Positions 25,039 to 38,291 of a stretch of DNA of 64,000 nt are shown here, piece by piece. A program made the position numbers and the translations under genes. The notes under the pieces were generated by a model that saw only the letters and a list, made by a program, of their open reading frames with translations, did not search any database and was not told the origin of the DNA. Location of the stretch: contig CM075991.1 of assembly GCA_038087875.1 (NCBI GenBank), positions 11,968,001 through 12,032,000 of the forward strand, given 5' to 3'. Numbering within the stretch: the stretch's first letter is position 1; each line of letters starts with the position of its first letter. The DNA is from Malacoraja senta (lineage: Eukaryota).

Positions 25039-25699
25039 CTGCAGGGAGTGAAATCACACTTTACGTGATGCAATTGAATGCTCCATCAGTTACTAACTGA
25101 GTCAAAGTATATCTTTCCCTTCAAGAAGCAATGGGACATCTTTAATATTTCATTATCCATGGACATGATGCCCAACACTAGCTTGTTGCTGTCTGCTGCT
25201 ACTGCTATGGACATTATTATGCTGCTTTTTTACTTTTAACTATTTTTTTTATAGGCTCACTATTATTTAGTTTATTGTAGAAGGTTTTTATATGTTAGAA
25301 TTTATTGATATCTTTACTGTACTTTATTGATGTCTTACTGCACTATTACGCTGCTCGGACCCGAGTACAAATTTCGTTCATGATTCATGTGGAAGCATGT
25401 TTTTATCGAATGACAATAAATAAATGAACAGAACTGAATGAACTGAACTTAAATGTGTGGAGACTTGTAAAGGAATATCCTTCCATTTGGAGCAAAGAGG
25501 CAGCAGATGGGGCTTAATTTGGGGGAATGTTAGTCGAAAGAAATGCAAAATTTATTTTAAAAGATGGAAGACGAGTATATTACGGAATCTGGGCACACAG
25601 GTTAACAATTAGAATAGTTAACAGAAGCGTTTATTGTAGATGGTTAAAAAGCATGAGGATGGAAGTCACTGCAGTTGCACTGGGCTTTAATCAGGCCAC

Positions 25700-26400
25700 A
25701 TCCCAAAACCTTTTCTTCAGCTGTGATTTCCTCTCCACCATTAGTGCCAGGGCTCTTAAGTGGTTCTGGTCAATTTCCTGCACTTTTCAATCTATCGTCG
25801 AACAGAAAAACGGCTGTGTTCCCCCGAGTGCGCTCCACCCACCCCAGTAAGTTCCACATTCAAAGGATCATCCTCTCTCCTTCATCTCTCCGATCCCGTC
25901 AATGTCGTGCCACCAACAGACCCACCTCCCTCTCCCGCCTCATTATTCTTTACGGAGCAACATACACCATCGAGCTTCATTCTTCTAGTGCAACATGCCC
26001 TGTGATCTTTGTCCTGCCATTCAGGAACTAAACACTCCTTTCAGGTGAAGCAGTGATTTACCTATGTTTCCACCAATGTTGTATACTGCATTCAGTGCTC
26101 ACAATGTGGCCCGTTCTACATTTGGGAACCCAAACATAGTTTGTTCAGCCACACATCTCCATTCAATTCTCAAGAGTAACACTGACCTTCTAGGTTATTT
26201 CCATTTTAATTCTCCATCGTATTTCCACTCTGAGCTCTATGTCTTTGACCTCCTATAATGCTTCAACAAAACGCATTGTGTGCACAAAAAACATCTCATC
26301 CGTTTGAAATTTGGCACAGGATTCAGACGAGAATTAAAAAATTTCAGATAATCAATTAGCCCCGTAGCCTGCATTTCCAATTAGTTTTCTCTCTTTTCTC
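25700..26400 (+). mobile_element. Decayed Penelope-like element, GIY-YIG endonuclease region
   Basis: ~26030-26135 translates KHSFQVKQ*FTYVSTNVVYCIQCSQCGPFYIWEPK, a decayed NVVY..C..C...YIGET motif, with an internal stop. Confidence 0.7.
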
Positions 26401-26761
26401 CTACATCTGGTTTAATTTATGTCCAAGTGCCAACTTCCCCAGACAAACCTTCCCTCCAGTCCGTCAGCCTGCGCCACTACAATGTGCATCATTCACGATT
26501 ACCTGGTCCCTATAGATACAATAGCAAGGCTTAGGGGATATTTAGAGAGGGAGATGAACAGGCAGGGAATTGAGGGAATATACATCACTTGTGGGCAGAT
26601 GTGCTGTTTCAATTAGCATCATATTCAGCATAGACAGCACGGGCCAAAGGCCGATTCCTGTGCTGTACTGCTCGTTGTGCAATAATCTGTTTTAATTATT
26701 TAAAAATGGAGTGAGACAATACCAATCTGCCACAAATTCTTCGTTGCAAAGCAATACTTAC

Positions 26762-26805
26762 TCTTCCTTAACTTTCCTGCTGATGATGTTTGGAGTGAAT
26801 GTTTT
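26762..26805 (-). CDS. POLR3D: RPC4 coding exon 2 (44 nt)
   Basis: ttacag| KTFTPNIISRKVKE(E) |gtaagt; conserved FTPNI motif. Confidence 0.95.
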
Positions 26806-27179
26806 CTGTAAGAGAGGACATCAGATATCATTCTTAGGTCACATCAACACACGATGATAAAATAGACTTCACTGCCTCTGTTTGACTTGATGCCAATGAC
26901 TTAATGCGATCAGAAGGCAATGTTGAAGGCTGACAGAGCCACTCCAACCTACTACACCATTGCGCCCCATTCGTTGGTTATTCAGGATGGCAATGGTGAA
27001 GTGTGAGACGTTGATGAGGGGCTGAGAGTTCACCAGGCTGTTGTTCGACTGGAATGGGCGAATAGGTCACCGCACATCCTGTGTCTTGGGAACTGTTCAA
27101 GCTTCATTAGCTTCACTACTGTTGCCATTCCTTTGCCCTATCTAATATCTAGGTCGATACTAGACAGGTCATGTGGCTT

Positions 27180-27353
27180 GGCAGACACAAAATGCAGGAA
27201 AAACTCAGCGGGTGAGGCAGCATCTATGGAGAGAAGGAATTGCCGACGTTTCGTTGCCAATTCCCTCTCTCCATAGATGCTGCCTCACCCGCTGAGTTTC
27301 CCCAGCATTTTGTGTCTACCTTCGATTTTACCAGCTCTGCAGTTCTTTCTTAA
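27180..27353. mobile_element. Fold-back Penelope-derived element with 16-bp TSD
   Basis: TSD ACAGGTCATGTGGCTT at 27164-27179 and 27354-27369; inverted arms. Confidence 0.8.
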
Positions 27354-27379
27354 ACAGGTCATGTGGCTTAGTTCATTTA

Positions 27380-27855
27380 CATTCCACAATGGTTTTGCAC
27401 AACCGAGCAACTCAAAATCAATTATCAGTACTTCACACCCAGGCAGTTAAAAGGAAAGCCAACCTCATTACACAGGATCCCACCCACCCACTACACAAGT
27501 CCTTCCAACTTCTGCCATCAGGCCGCCGATATAAAGTCCCCCTATCTAAGAAAAACATCCACAAAAACTCATTCATACCCATTGCCATAAACAGCTTAAA
27601 TAAAAAATGAACAATGGACAAATTAACCCTGACGCACTGTCACTTTACACGTATCCACAACTTTCATCTTGTCTATTTTTACAGTTTTTAATCCTTATAC
27701 TTGCTTTTAAGATCTATGCACACGGTGTGTGCTCGCAGAAATCTGTGTTGTATGACTGCTTATCAGTACATTGTCCTGTTTGTATGTTGAGCCACGCCAA
27801 AGAAGATTTTCTGTTACTACAGACAATAAAGTTTTCTGAATCTGAATCTGAATCT
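27380..27855 (+). mobile_element. Rex1/Babar-type LINE 3' end with (TCTGAA)n tail
   Basis: DPTHPLHKSFQLLPSGRRYK...KNSFIPIAINSLN*, then AATAAA and (TCTGAA)n. Confidence 0.8.
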
Positions 27856-29524
27856 GCTGCGTCACTTCAGAGAACGACCAAGGCTCAACTTACATTGGCA
27901 TGAGGCCAGGCAAAACTCAGCAGATTACATTCAAAGGCAGATGGCTGAACAGGTGCCCAACACAAATATTTGCTTTATTGACTTCATTAGCTGAATTTAA
28001 AGTTTCCAACCGGCATGGTAAGAGAGAGAATGGAAAAGCAGCAAGAAGTGTGCACACCAGTTGGTTACCAGCGTCAGAACTGTAGCAATTCCCCCGACCA
28101 ACCAGAAACCAAAATAGAAAAACACCAATGCTTTTTATGTAGACACAAAGGTGCCTTTAATAAACATACGTGCCACATAGCAGGAAAACACAGTGAAGAC
28201 ACTTAACTTTTTAAGAGGTTCCAGCACACTGTAGCAGTGCACACAGCGCACACAAAAATAATACTGGAACAAATCATTATCACAATAAAAAACAAGTGGG
28301 GGACAAACAGATGTGGTGTGGCTAGCTGAGCACACGTTGTATATAGCACATTCAACGCCCTTTTCATTGTAAGGCTTGCTGTTATCTTCAAGGTGACAGA
28401 TACAGAGGTCAGTCGCGTGGGTCTGCCCACATTACAATCCCAATCACTTCCACCACAGTCATATGATCATGCGATGTGGCATGATATAAATAATTTCTGT
28501 GTGTTTAAATCTGAAGTACTTTGATTGTTGTCACTGAATCGTGGCAGCAAATTTGCGTCCAACAATCTCCCACAAATAGCAGTAAAATCAGTTAACAGTT
28601 TTAGTGTTGCAATTTTACATCAAAATATTAGCCAGAACCAGTCTTGAGTCTGAAGAAGAGTCTCAACCCGAAACGTCACCCATTCCTTTCCCCCCCAGAG
28701 ATGCTGCCTAACCTGTTGAGTTACTCCAGCATTTTGTGTCTATCTTCAGTCTTTTAAAGAGACAGGGTTTGAATATTTAATGTCCACAGGAGGATACAGA
28801 GTGTTGGTTTGACATCTCCACCTATAGACAGCAACGTGAACAGCCTAACGACCCCCCTGCATTGCACGAACGTCAGCACAGATTAAATGCTGAAGTGTCT
28901 GGAATGCCATGGAGTTACATGACTGACATAAATACTAATCACAACAACCTCACTCCCATCAAAACTTTGTTGCATGTTTTATAATCTTAGAAAGCACCAA
29001 TGAGTTCCAATAGAAACTGACAGCAGGAACGGGAAATAAAAAATAACATTGCTGCAAATGCTAAACAAATAACAGCTGTTGGCAAAGAACACATTTGACC
29101 CAAAACTTTACTTATTCTGGATCATTTTTCATCCTGTTTTCACTCCATGTCTCCAGAAGAGACAATCTCTGCTTTTAGCTCTGCCAATTGCACAGACTCT
29201 TTAACACAGAGTAGGGATTTAAGAACCAGAGGACATGTTTAAGGTGAGAGGGGAAAGATTTAATAGGAACTTCAGGGGCTACTTTTTCGCACAGAGGGTG
29301 GTGGGAGGAAACCGAAGTTCTCGGAGAAAACCCACGCAGGTCACGGGGAGAACGCGCAAACTCCGTAAAGCAAGCACCCGGGTCTCTTGCACTGTAAGGC
29401 AGTAGCTTTACTGCTACGCCACCAATACCACCTTGGAGAAAATGTGTAGGTGCTGTTTCGGGTCAGGATCCTGGTTCAGACAATCTGACAGAAACAACTG
29501 GACTGGCTTTCTAAGGCTGCTGAC

Positions 29525-29689
29525 CTTTTTCATTCCTCCCAATGTTAGATCCCGTGATCGGATGGAGGGCAAGCGGCCCGGCGTGACAGCGGCTGAAGTC
29601 CGGCGTCCTGGCAGACCCCTGCCCACGGTGACGGGAGGTCTGACCCCGCTGGAGTTGCCGGGTTCACCGCTGGCACCTCTCTCAGCCAT
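29525..29689 (-). CDS. POLR3D: RPC4 first coding exon (exon starts ~29703)
   Basis: MAERGASGEPGNSSGVRPPVTVGRGLPGRRTSAAVTPGRLPSIRSRDLTLGGMKK |gtcag; the RLPSIRSRDLTLGG motif is present. All 8 coding exons splice in frame to 395 aa. Confidence 0.95.
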
Positions 29690-30028
29690 CGCAGCTCGCT
29701 ACTCTACAAAACAAAATCAAGCACATTTTCAAACAAACAGATGACAACTTCGCCATGACTTTGCAGGAACTCTTTCACTCTAAACACATCCTCCTCCTCC
29801 TCCCCTGTGTGTAGGAAGGAACTGCAGATGCTGGTTTACACCAAAGTAGATGCAAAATGTAGGCATAACTCAGCGGGCAAGGCAGCATCTCTGGAGAAAA
29901 GCAATGGGTAACGTTTCAGGTCAAGACCCTTCTTCACACCCAGAAGGATCTCAACCCGAAGCATCACCGTTTCCTTTTCTCAAGAAATGCTGCCTGACCC
30001 GCTACATTTTTACACATTGTGTTTTACT

Positions 30029-30565
30029 AGACAGAGACAGACAGACAGACAGACAGAGAGAGAGAGAGACAGACAGAGACAGAGACAGACAGAGACAGAC
30101 AGAGATACAGAGAGAGAGAGAGAGACAGAGATACAGAGACAGACAGACAGACAGGGAGACAGAGGCAGAGAGAGACGGGGGAGACAGACAGACAGAGAGA
30201 GACAGACAGACAGTCAGAGATGGACAGAGATGGAGAGAGAGAGAGCGACAGACAGTGAGGGAGAGAGAGAGAGAGAGAGAGAGATACAGAGAGAGAGAGA
30301 CAGACAGGGAGACAGAGGCAGAGAGAGACAGAGGGAGACAGACAGATAGATAGACAGACAGAGAGAGACAGAGACAGAGAGAGAGACAGAGAGAGAGACA
30401 GACAGACAGAGACAGAGACAGAGATACAGACAGAGAGACAGACAGACAGAGAGAGAGAGACAGACAGATAGACAGACAGACAGTCAGAGATGGAGAGAGA
30501 GAGAGCGACAGACAGTGAGAGAGAGAGATGGAGACAAAGAGCTGGAGATGAGAGATAGATGGAGA
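30029..30565. repeat. Compound (GA)n/(GACA)n purine-rich microsatellite in POLR3D intron 1
   Basis: ~530 bp of almost only AGAG/AGAC units. Confidence 0.95.
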
Positions 30566-30608
30566 TGCTGGGTCTAAGCGAGACCCCACCCCGCTAGGCC
30601 GCAGTTAC

Positions 30609-30920
30609 CTGCACGCCTACCGATCCTCTGACCTGCTATCCGGCTCCACTAATCGGAATCTATATGTATTTCTTCAGGCTCCTTCCCCTTTTCCGCCTGC
30701 CTGCCCGCCTGTCCGTCCGTCCGTCCGTCCGTCTCCCTCCCCCTGGGCTCTGGACCTCGCCGGCCAACTGTCCCCACTCTCACTGCCGGCCCCTCTCCGC
30801 CGCCATCTTACTGCGGGGCAAATCGCCGGCTTCCCACGAGGTGAGCATGCGCGGTGGACGGCCGGGGCCGGGCCGGATGGGGTCTGGTCTGGTCTGCCCC
30901 GCACAGACATGGCGGGGCAT
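30609..30920 (-). promoter_or_regulatory. POLR3D: POLR3D CpG promoter and probable non-coding exon 1
   Basis: CpG/GC-rich island. YY1 motif CGCCATCTT at 30801-30809. Minus-strand donor CAG|GTAAC at 30609/30608. Confidence 0.7.
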
Positions 30921-33558
30921 GAAGGCAGGTCATAAGCAAAGAGACTAGTATCTTTGGTCATAAGAGATAGGAGTAGAATTAGTCTATTCCGCCATTCAAT
31001 CATGGCTGAACTTCCTCTCCCCCCCCTAACCCCATTCTCCTGCCTCTGACACCTGTACGAATCTAGAATCCATCTCTACAGAGGGACTGAGTGAGTTTCT
31101 CAGGAGCACTGGTCTCATTCACTGCAATGGAAGTGGCTAGGTTTTAATATGGGGGGGGTTGCTCGTAAAATCATCGCGTCAAAGGGCGTGACGCACGGAC
31201 CAGCTCAATCCATATGGAGGACATGGCAGCTTCCGGCATATACTGTTAATACACGAAACGCGTACTTTCTTATGCGATATCTCGATATCTGCACGGCCAA
31301 TGTTCGCCAAGCACTTTAGCTGTTGAGTCTTCAGCTGCCGCTTCTCTCTACTGTCATTTTTCCTCACTTATGGAATTCTGAAGTGGGATAAATGTCTCTC
31401 ATGCTTACCCCGATTTCCATAATTGATTACCGCGCAAAAATTTACCATTTCGGCAGTTTTTAACGGGCCCACTACGCTGGAAACAATGGTAAGTGCTTAC
31501 CTGTAGTTCATCGCGTGTACTCCAGTTAGCGTAGCGTGGCAACAGTACGGGTCACGAGTCGTGACCCAACTGCCGTGCAACATCCCTATACTCTAATTTT
31601 GATATTTGCCACAATTTTGGTTGCCGCTCCCTTGTAATTAAATTCAACACCTTTGCTTTGGTAAAGAGATCCTATTAAGATCTCTGGAGTTTGGAGAACT
31701 TAATCACCGTACCAAGCACATAGAAACTTTGAAACATATAAAACAGGCGCAGGAGTAGGCCGTTTGGCCTTTCGAGCCAGCACCGCCATTCAATATGATC
31801 ATGGCTGATCATCCAGAATCAGTACCCTGTTCCTGCTTTCTCCCCATATCCTTTGATTCCATTAGCACTGAGAGCTAAATCTAACTCTCTCTTGAATACA
31901 TCCAGTGAATTGGCCTCGACTGCCTTCTGTGTCAGAGAATTCCACAGATTCACAACTCTCTGGCTGAAAATGTCACGGTAGTTGTAAGAATATAATTTAG
32001 TGTAAAATTAGGTAGAATCAATTAGATAACTGATAGGATGCATTATAAACCAAGAGCCTTTTCATTTGCCAATATGTTCTTTCTTTGATTCTGTGGTTAC
32101 TTAAGATGCAGAAATTCCTCAGGTTTAAATATGGAATTTAGTTTTAAACACACATGCTGCTGGAGAAACTCAGCAGGTCAGGCAGCATCTGTCGAGGGAA
32201 ATGCGCAGGCGATGTTTCAGGTTTGAAATCCTTCATCTTCCACAGATGTTGCCTGGCCCGCTGAGTTCCTCCAGCACCTTGTATTTTACGTAAGATTCAG
32301 ACATCTGTACTCTTGGGTCTCCATGGAATTAGGTTTGTTGAGAGTACTGTATCATTAGGTCCCTCAGAGTAAGCAACTGTGCATTCTTACAAAATATATG
32401 GTGCTGCTACCTCACCGTTGCAGTGATGTGGGCCTGACCTCAAATGCTGTCTGCGTGGAGTTTGCACATTCTCTCTGTGACCACATGGGTTTCCCCTGGG
32501 TGCATACACACTATTCATAACAATATATATACAGGAAATCCAACACAATCAGTACAAATCTTTCTTTATATTCATTATGCCAGAAAATCAATCCTGTATA
32601 TTCATTGAAGCATCAAACTAATACTTTTGATTTACAACACATTGATGGCATTTATGTTTCATCTTTAAGTGATACTCCCAGGAAGTGTTTGAGAAGCTGG
32701 CGCACAAGGTTCTACCCACCTTGTGATAGCAGGACCTTAGACTGTGGTCAAGCAGTGGAAGATGTTGGTGGCTTGTATAGGTTTAGATTTATTATTGTCA
32801 CGTGTACCGAGGTACAGTGAAAAGCTTTGTTTTGCATGCAGTCCAATCAAATCAGATAATCCTATACATAAATACAATCAAACCAAATTCAAGTACAATA
32901 GGTAGAGCAAAGTGGAAGATACAGAATGCAGAATGTAGTTCTCAGCATTGTAGTGCACCAGTTCCATAGACCTATGTGGTAGAGGAGAATCAGGCAGTAC
33001 CCTACATTATAGGAGGACCATTCAGAAGTCTGAAAACAGAGGGCAAGAAGCTGTTCCTGAGTCTGGTGGCGCACATTGCTGTCTGTTCCCTACGATGGAG
33101 ATAGAGAACTGGGGAAGGAAGAGAAAAATCAAAGATAGCCTGGGTATAGTTGAGAGCAGGGTGGAAGTTAATGGCAAAAGTGATGAGATTCCTACAGGAG
33201 CTCAATCAGTGTCGTGGTTAAAGAGCCAGGAGCGTGTGCTGGAATTGTATTGGAAGTGAGGTTGAGTGCCCCCCCCCCCCCATGAACTGTCTCCCTCGGA
33301 TGGTCACGTCGCACATCGACCCGGCACAGACCTATTTGCGCTTTATACTGCTTTAACTGTTTTTTCAATCTTGTTTCTCTGGGTGTCTAAATTTTTAGCT
33401 AATTAAGTTATTACATCGGATGGAAGTTGCATTCCAAATCTCGTTGTACCTCTGTGCAATGACAATAAAGATATATTATTACTCTCCTACACAAAGATAT
33501 CAGTGGCAAGTCTGCTTCCTGAGAGAAAAATGTGAGATCCATAACATGTCAACGGTAA

Positions 33559-33759
33559 GACAGGAAACAGCTGGAGTAATTCAGCGGATCAGACAGCATC
33601 TCTGGAGAAAAGGAATAGGTAACGATTCAGGTCAAGACCCTTCTTCAGACCGGGGGTCGAGCCGAAACGTCTCCTATTCCTTTTCTCCAGACCTGCTGAG
33701 TTACTCCAGCTTTCTGTGTCTATCTTCAGTTTAAACCAACATCTGCAGTTCCTTCCTAC
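33559..33759. mobile_element. Fold-back Penelope-derived element with 15-bp TSD
   Basis: TSD ACATGTCAACGGTAA at 33544-33558 and 33760-33774. Confidence 0.8.
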
Positions 33760-34814
33760 ACATGTCAACGGTAAATCTGTTCTTGGACTCTGAGGTTGTG
33801 GTCCTTCCTCACAGAGACTCTAGTTGCTGCACTGAGCTTCAGTTTGTCCCTCAGCATGCACAGGCATGGAGCATGAAAGGAAAGTGTGGTCCGCTAACCA
33901 GTCTTCAAACCAGTTGCCTGTGTAGGAAGTACGTTGGAATGTATCCAAAACATCTTAAAGACCTGTTTCTTCTTTAGTATGTTTTTACATCTATGGTTAT
34001 TTTTTACTGCTGGAGTTGTGAATGAGATCTGAGAAATATGTTTCACACTTCGAGTAACGTAGGCACCTGGAGATTTGCAGTAGTGACAAGATTGTACAAT
34101 ATGCCCATAGCTCAGCAGGATACACCACTCACTCAAAGTTTGATCTGGTGAGGCTTTTCACAGCCAAAGCACCTTATATTGAATGAAGCATTTTACACGG
34201 GATAGTTTCTGCCATAATGTTACAAAACATGGAATCAAACTCATGCTTCACCTCAGAGTTAGCTATCATGGGGAAAAAGACTGTGGTTGTCTTATCTATG
34301 CCCCTCATCACTTTGTAAACCTCTGTAAGGCCACTCCCTCAGCTTCCTTCACACCAAGGAACCCAGTAGAAGCCACCGTCAAATTTGTTGGGACCATGTT
34401 TTAAAATACGATAGTTGGGTGTCTTTCATACATCAAGGTTACACGTGCAGATTGAGTCAAAATGAGTCTGTGGAATTCTCTGCCTCAGAGGGCGGTGGAG
34501 GCCGGTTCTCTGGATGCTTTCAAGAGAGAGCTAGATAGGGCTCTTAAAAATAGTGGTCAGGGGATATGGGGAGAAGGCAGGAACGGGGTACTGATTGGTT
34601 ATGATCAGCCATGATCACATTGAATGGCGGTGCTGGCTCGAAGGGCCGAATGGCCTACTCCTGCTCCTATTGTCTATTGTCTATTGTCTATTGACCTCCT
34701 TTTTCATTCTAGGATAGACAAAAATGCTGGAGAAACTCAGCGGGTGAGGCAGCATCTATGGAGCGAAGGAAATAGGCGATGTTCTAATATCTTTGTATAT
34801 CATGTTGCTTAGAG

Positions 34815-35048
34815 CAAGGGTTCCCAACCTTGGGTAAATTTAACCCATGGGGATAAATTTCGCCGACCCAGGGGGTAAATTTGTTGATTCAGGATCTGTA
34901 CATATTTTTTCTCATTGACTGACTGTGTTTGGTTCTGTTATATCGGTATCTGTTCATCATTAGTTGTTCATAAATAAGTGAAATAACATTGTTATGTGCT
35001 ATTCAAGTTGCCGGGGGTAAACGGGATGAAAAAGGTTGGGAACCCCTG
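34815..35048. mobile_element. hAT (Charlie-like) MITE
   Basis: TIRs CAAGGGTTCCCAACCT / AGGTTGGGAACCCCTG. Degenerate 8-bp TSD GCTTAGAG/GATTAGAA. Internal GGGTAAA subterminal repeats. Confidence 0.8.
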
Positions 35049-35912
35049 GATTAGAACCTCTGTGTGGCCAATGAAGTATTTGCCAACACTCCATGTATTC
35101 CCAAACTGGACCTACGGCCGACCCAATTCCATGCTGACCGTCGATCACCCGTCCACACGGGTTCTATGTTATCCCACTTTCTCATCCACTCGGCAATTTA
35201 CAGAGAACCAATTAACCTACAGGTCTTTGAAATATGAGAGGAAACCGCAGCACCAGGGGGAAATCCATGTGGTCACAGAGAGAACGTGCAAACTCCACGC
35301 AGACAGCATTCGAGGTCAGGATCAAACCCACATCACTGCAACTGTGAGGTAGCAACACTATATATTCTGTAAGAATACACAGTGAAAATTGTACTGACCA
35401 ACATTACATTTGCCCCAATGACTGCATTGCATTGCCATGGAAAATGATACATAGACCTGTCATATAGAAATATTAACCTCATTTCTACCCATTTTACTTA
35501 TGAAGGCATTGGCCTTTTGATCAGGAAGGTTTTCAAAGACACTAGATATCTCTTGGTATGTAATCCCAGTAACAATTCTTCATCTGTGAATAATACAGAG
35601 ATATTAAATCTTTTAAAATTTCCAGACCAGGCGCACAAAACATGGCCACGTAATTTATCACGGTCTGCAGTTTCTTATTGCCTGATTCAATATTGCTCCT
35701 CACTATCACTTTTTTAATCATATTATATTCATCAGTGAGTCAGTGTTGTGCTGCTTCCACTGGCTCCAGCAATCCATCTTCAGCTCCTGGCAGTGTTCGC
35801 TTAACACATCCTCTTAATCATTGGAGCATTTGGAGAGTATTTCTCCTTTGCACTGTGCCTGGCTCAATCTATAATCTTGGTCTAAGCAACTGCTCTATTC
35901 CATCCTGCAATA

Positions 35913-36232
35913 GGGTGGCACGGTGGCTCAGCGGTAGAGTTGCTGCCTTACAGCGAATGCAGCGCCGGAGACCCGGGTTCGATCCTGACTACGGGTGCTG
36001 TCTGTACGGAGTTTGTACCTTCTCCCCGTAACCGCGTGGGTTTTCTCCGAGATCTTCGGTTTCCTCCCACACTCCAAAGACGTACAGGTTTGTAGGTTAA
36101 TTGGCTTGGTATAAATGGAAAATTGTCTCTAGTGTGTGTAGGATAGTGTTAATGTGTGGGGATCGCTGGTCGGCGCGTACTCGGTGGGCCGAAGGGCCTG
36201 TTTCCGCGCTATATCTATAGACTAAACTAAAA
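35913..36232 (+). mobile_element. Full-length young HE1-type SINE
   Basis: tRNA-like head with A box (TGGCTCAGCGG) and B box (GGTTCGATCC), V-SINE core, HER1-like tail GGGCCGAAGGGCCTGTTTCC, then CTAAA repeats. Further copies at ~36335, 37747, 40020, 48080-48300 (-) and 49640. Confidence 0.9.
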
Positions 36233-38291
36233 TGAAATCATCTGGGTCATAAGACAGAGGCAAGGAGAGCGATTTGCAGCTGGGGCAATAAACCAGGAAC
36301 CATATCCAGCAGAAAGAACAGCCATCCTACACAGGCACTGTGGCACGACGGGTAGAGCTGCTGCCTCGAAGCGCTAGAGACCCAGGTTCGATCCTGACTA
36401 GGGTGCTGTCTGAATGTAGTTTGTACGTTCTACCTGTGACCACGTGGGTTTTTGCCGGGTGCCCTGGTTTCCTCCCACACTCTAAAGACACACAGGTCGC
36501 CTATTCCTTCTCTATGGATGGATTCCTTCCCTCAGCCATGATCACATTGAATGACGGTGCTGGCTCGAAGGGCTGAATGGCCTACTCCTGCACCTATTGT
36601 CTATTGTCTCCATAGATGCTGCCTCACCCGCTGAGTTTCTCCGGCATTTTTTGTCGACCAACAAATGTCATGGAATCTTTGCAGCCTTGTCTGGTTCAAC
36701 ACGTTATGGGTCATCATTGATAAGAAGCATCAGATGCCCAGTAATCAAAGATTCATCACAGCACAGGAGGAGGACATTCGGTCCATCAAACTCATGCCAA
36801 CCCCCTGTAGAACAATCCAGTCAGTCCCACCCCTCAGCTTCTGCCCCACGGCACCACAGGTGGTTTTATGGATATAAGCTAATTAGTCAAAAGATCAGAC
36901 CCTGGTGAGAATGTAGAACCTACGATGAATGGTGGAAACAGAATTTGTGTTCATTTTTAACAGTATATATGGGGATAAGGATATGGAGAGCTTTGTCCTA
37001 CGGGAGTGGGATCAATCTCGTCCAGTTTTGTCCAGCATGGGGAAAACAGGCTGAATGGCCTCAGTCATTGTCAGATCTAAGTTTAGAAAATACTTTTCAA
37101 GCTGTCTGATAATTTGCACTGCTTTGAATTTTGGGCGGATGCAATTCATTGCAAACAATGTTCTTGTCTTGTCCTTCGAGAGGCTGCTGTGAACATCCCA
37201 GTCTATGGCCGTGTGGAGAAGGAGGGTCAACCTCCCCCCAGCTGCCCATGGAAGCCAAATTGGAGACCACCCCTCAATCCATGAGAATGGTTCCCCAGAC
37301 ACTTCATTCATGCAACAGTAGGCGGCGCCCTATTCCAGTTCAAGGCTCTATTTTACAGCCTTTAAAATACCTTCAGATTTGGGGCGTCCGCATTGTGTTC
37401 AACTGTGTAATTCTTTCACTTCAGATGTCATAAACTCCCAGACTCATACGGCACAGAAATAGACCCTTCAGCCCAAGTCATCCTTGCCGACCAAGATGCC
37501 CCATCTCTCCCCACTCCCGTCTCCCAGCTTTCTTCTCCCCTCCTACAATCAATTTGAAGAAGTGTTTTGACTTAAAGCATCATTTCTCCATGTCCTCCAG
37601 AGATGCTGCCTGACCTGCTTGTGTCCAGGTGTGTATGAACCACCATTTTGACTTCCCCAACTAAGCTAGTCCCATATGCCCACAGTTGGCTCATGTCCTT
37701 CTAAACCTTTCCTATCCATGCACGTACCTGACCAAGTGTTCTTTAAGGGCAGCACAATGATAGAACCGCTGCCTCACAGTGCCAGAGACCCAGTTTGATC
37801 CTAACCTTGGGTGCTGTCTTTGTGTGGAGTTGGCACGTTTTCCCAGTGGGTTTCCTCCGGGTTCCCTAGTTTCCTCCCACATCCCAAAGACATGCGGGTT
37901 TATAAGTTTATTGGTCTCAATAAATTGCCCAAGTGTGTAGGAAGTGCATTAGAAAGTGGGATGACATAGAACTAGTGCGAATGGACGATTGATAATCAGC
38001 ATGGACTCACAGTGGGCTGAAGGGCCTGTTTCCATGCTGTACCTCTAAACTATACCATACGATTGAACTTTATTTATCCCAGGAGGGAAATTGGTCTGCC
38101 AAGTGTCACAAAACACAACAGGATACATGAAACATGAAATTAAAGTGACGAGTGGAAATGGTTGGAGATGTGCAAAGATTGGGTGGGGGGGGGGGGGGGG
38201 GGGAAGGAGTCAGTCACCCCTAAACTAAACTAAATACTTTTACTAGTATCTGCTTAAACTACCTCCTCTGGCAGATCATTGCATATGCCCA

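Noticed and set aside
29850..30589. RE/RQ- and SL-rich ORFs
   Set aside because: Translations of the GA/GACA microsatellite.
30800..31100. miR-320 in the POLR3D promoter, as in mammals
   Set aside because: No AAAAGCTGGGTTGAGAGGGCGA-like sequence is seen; the miRNA is mammal-specific.
35913..35995. tRNA-like A/B boxes
   Set aside because: These are SINE heads, not tRNA genes; they continue into the V-SINE core and LINE-derived tail.
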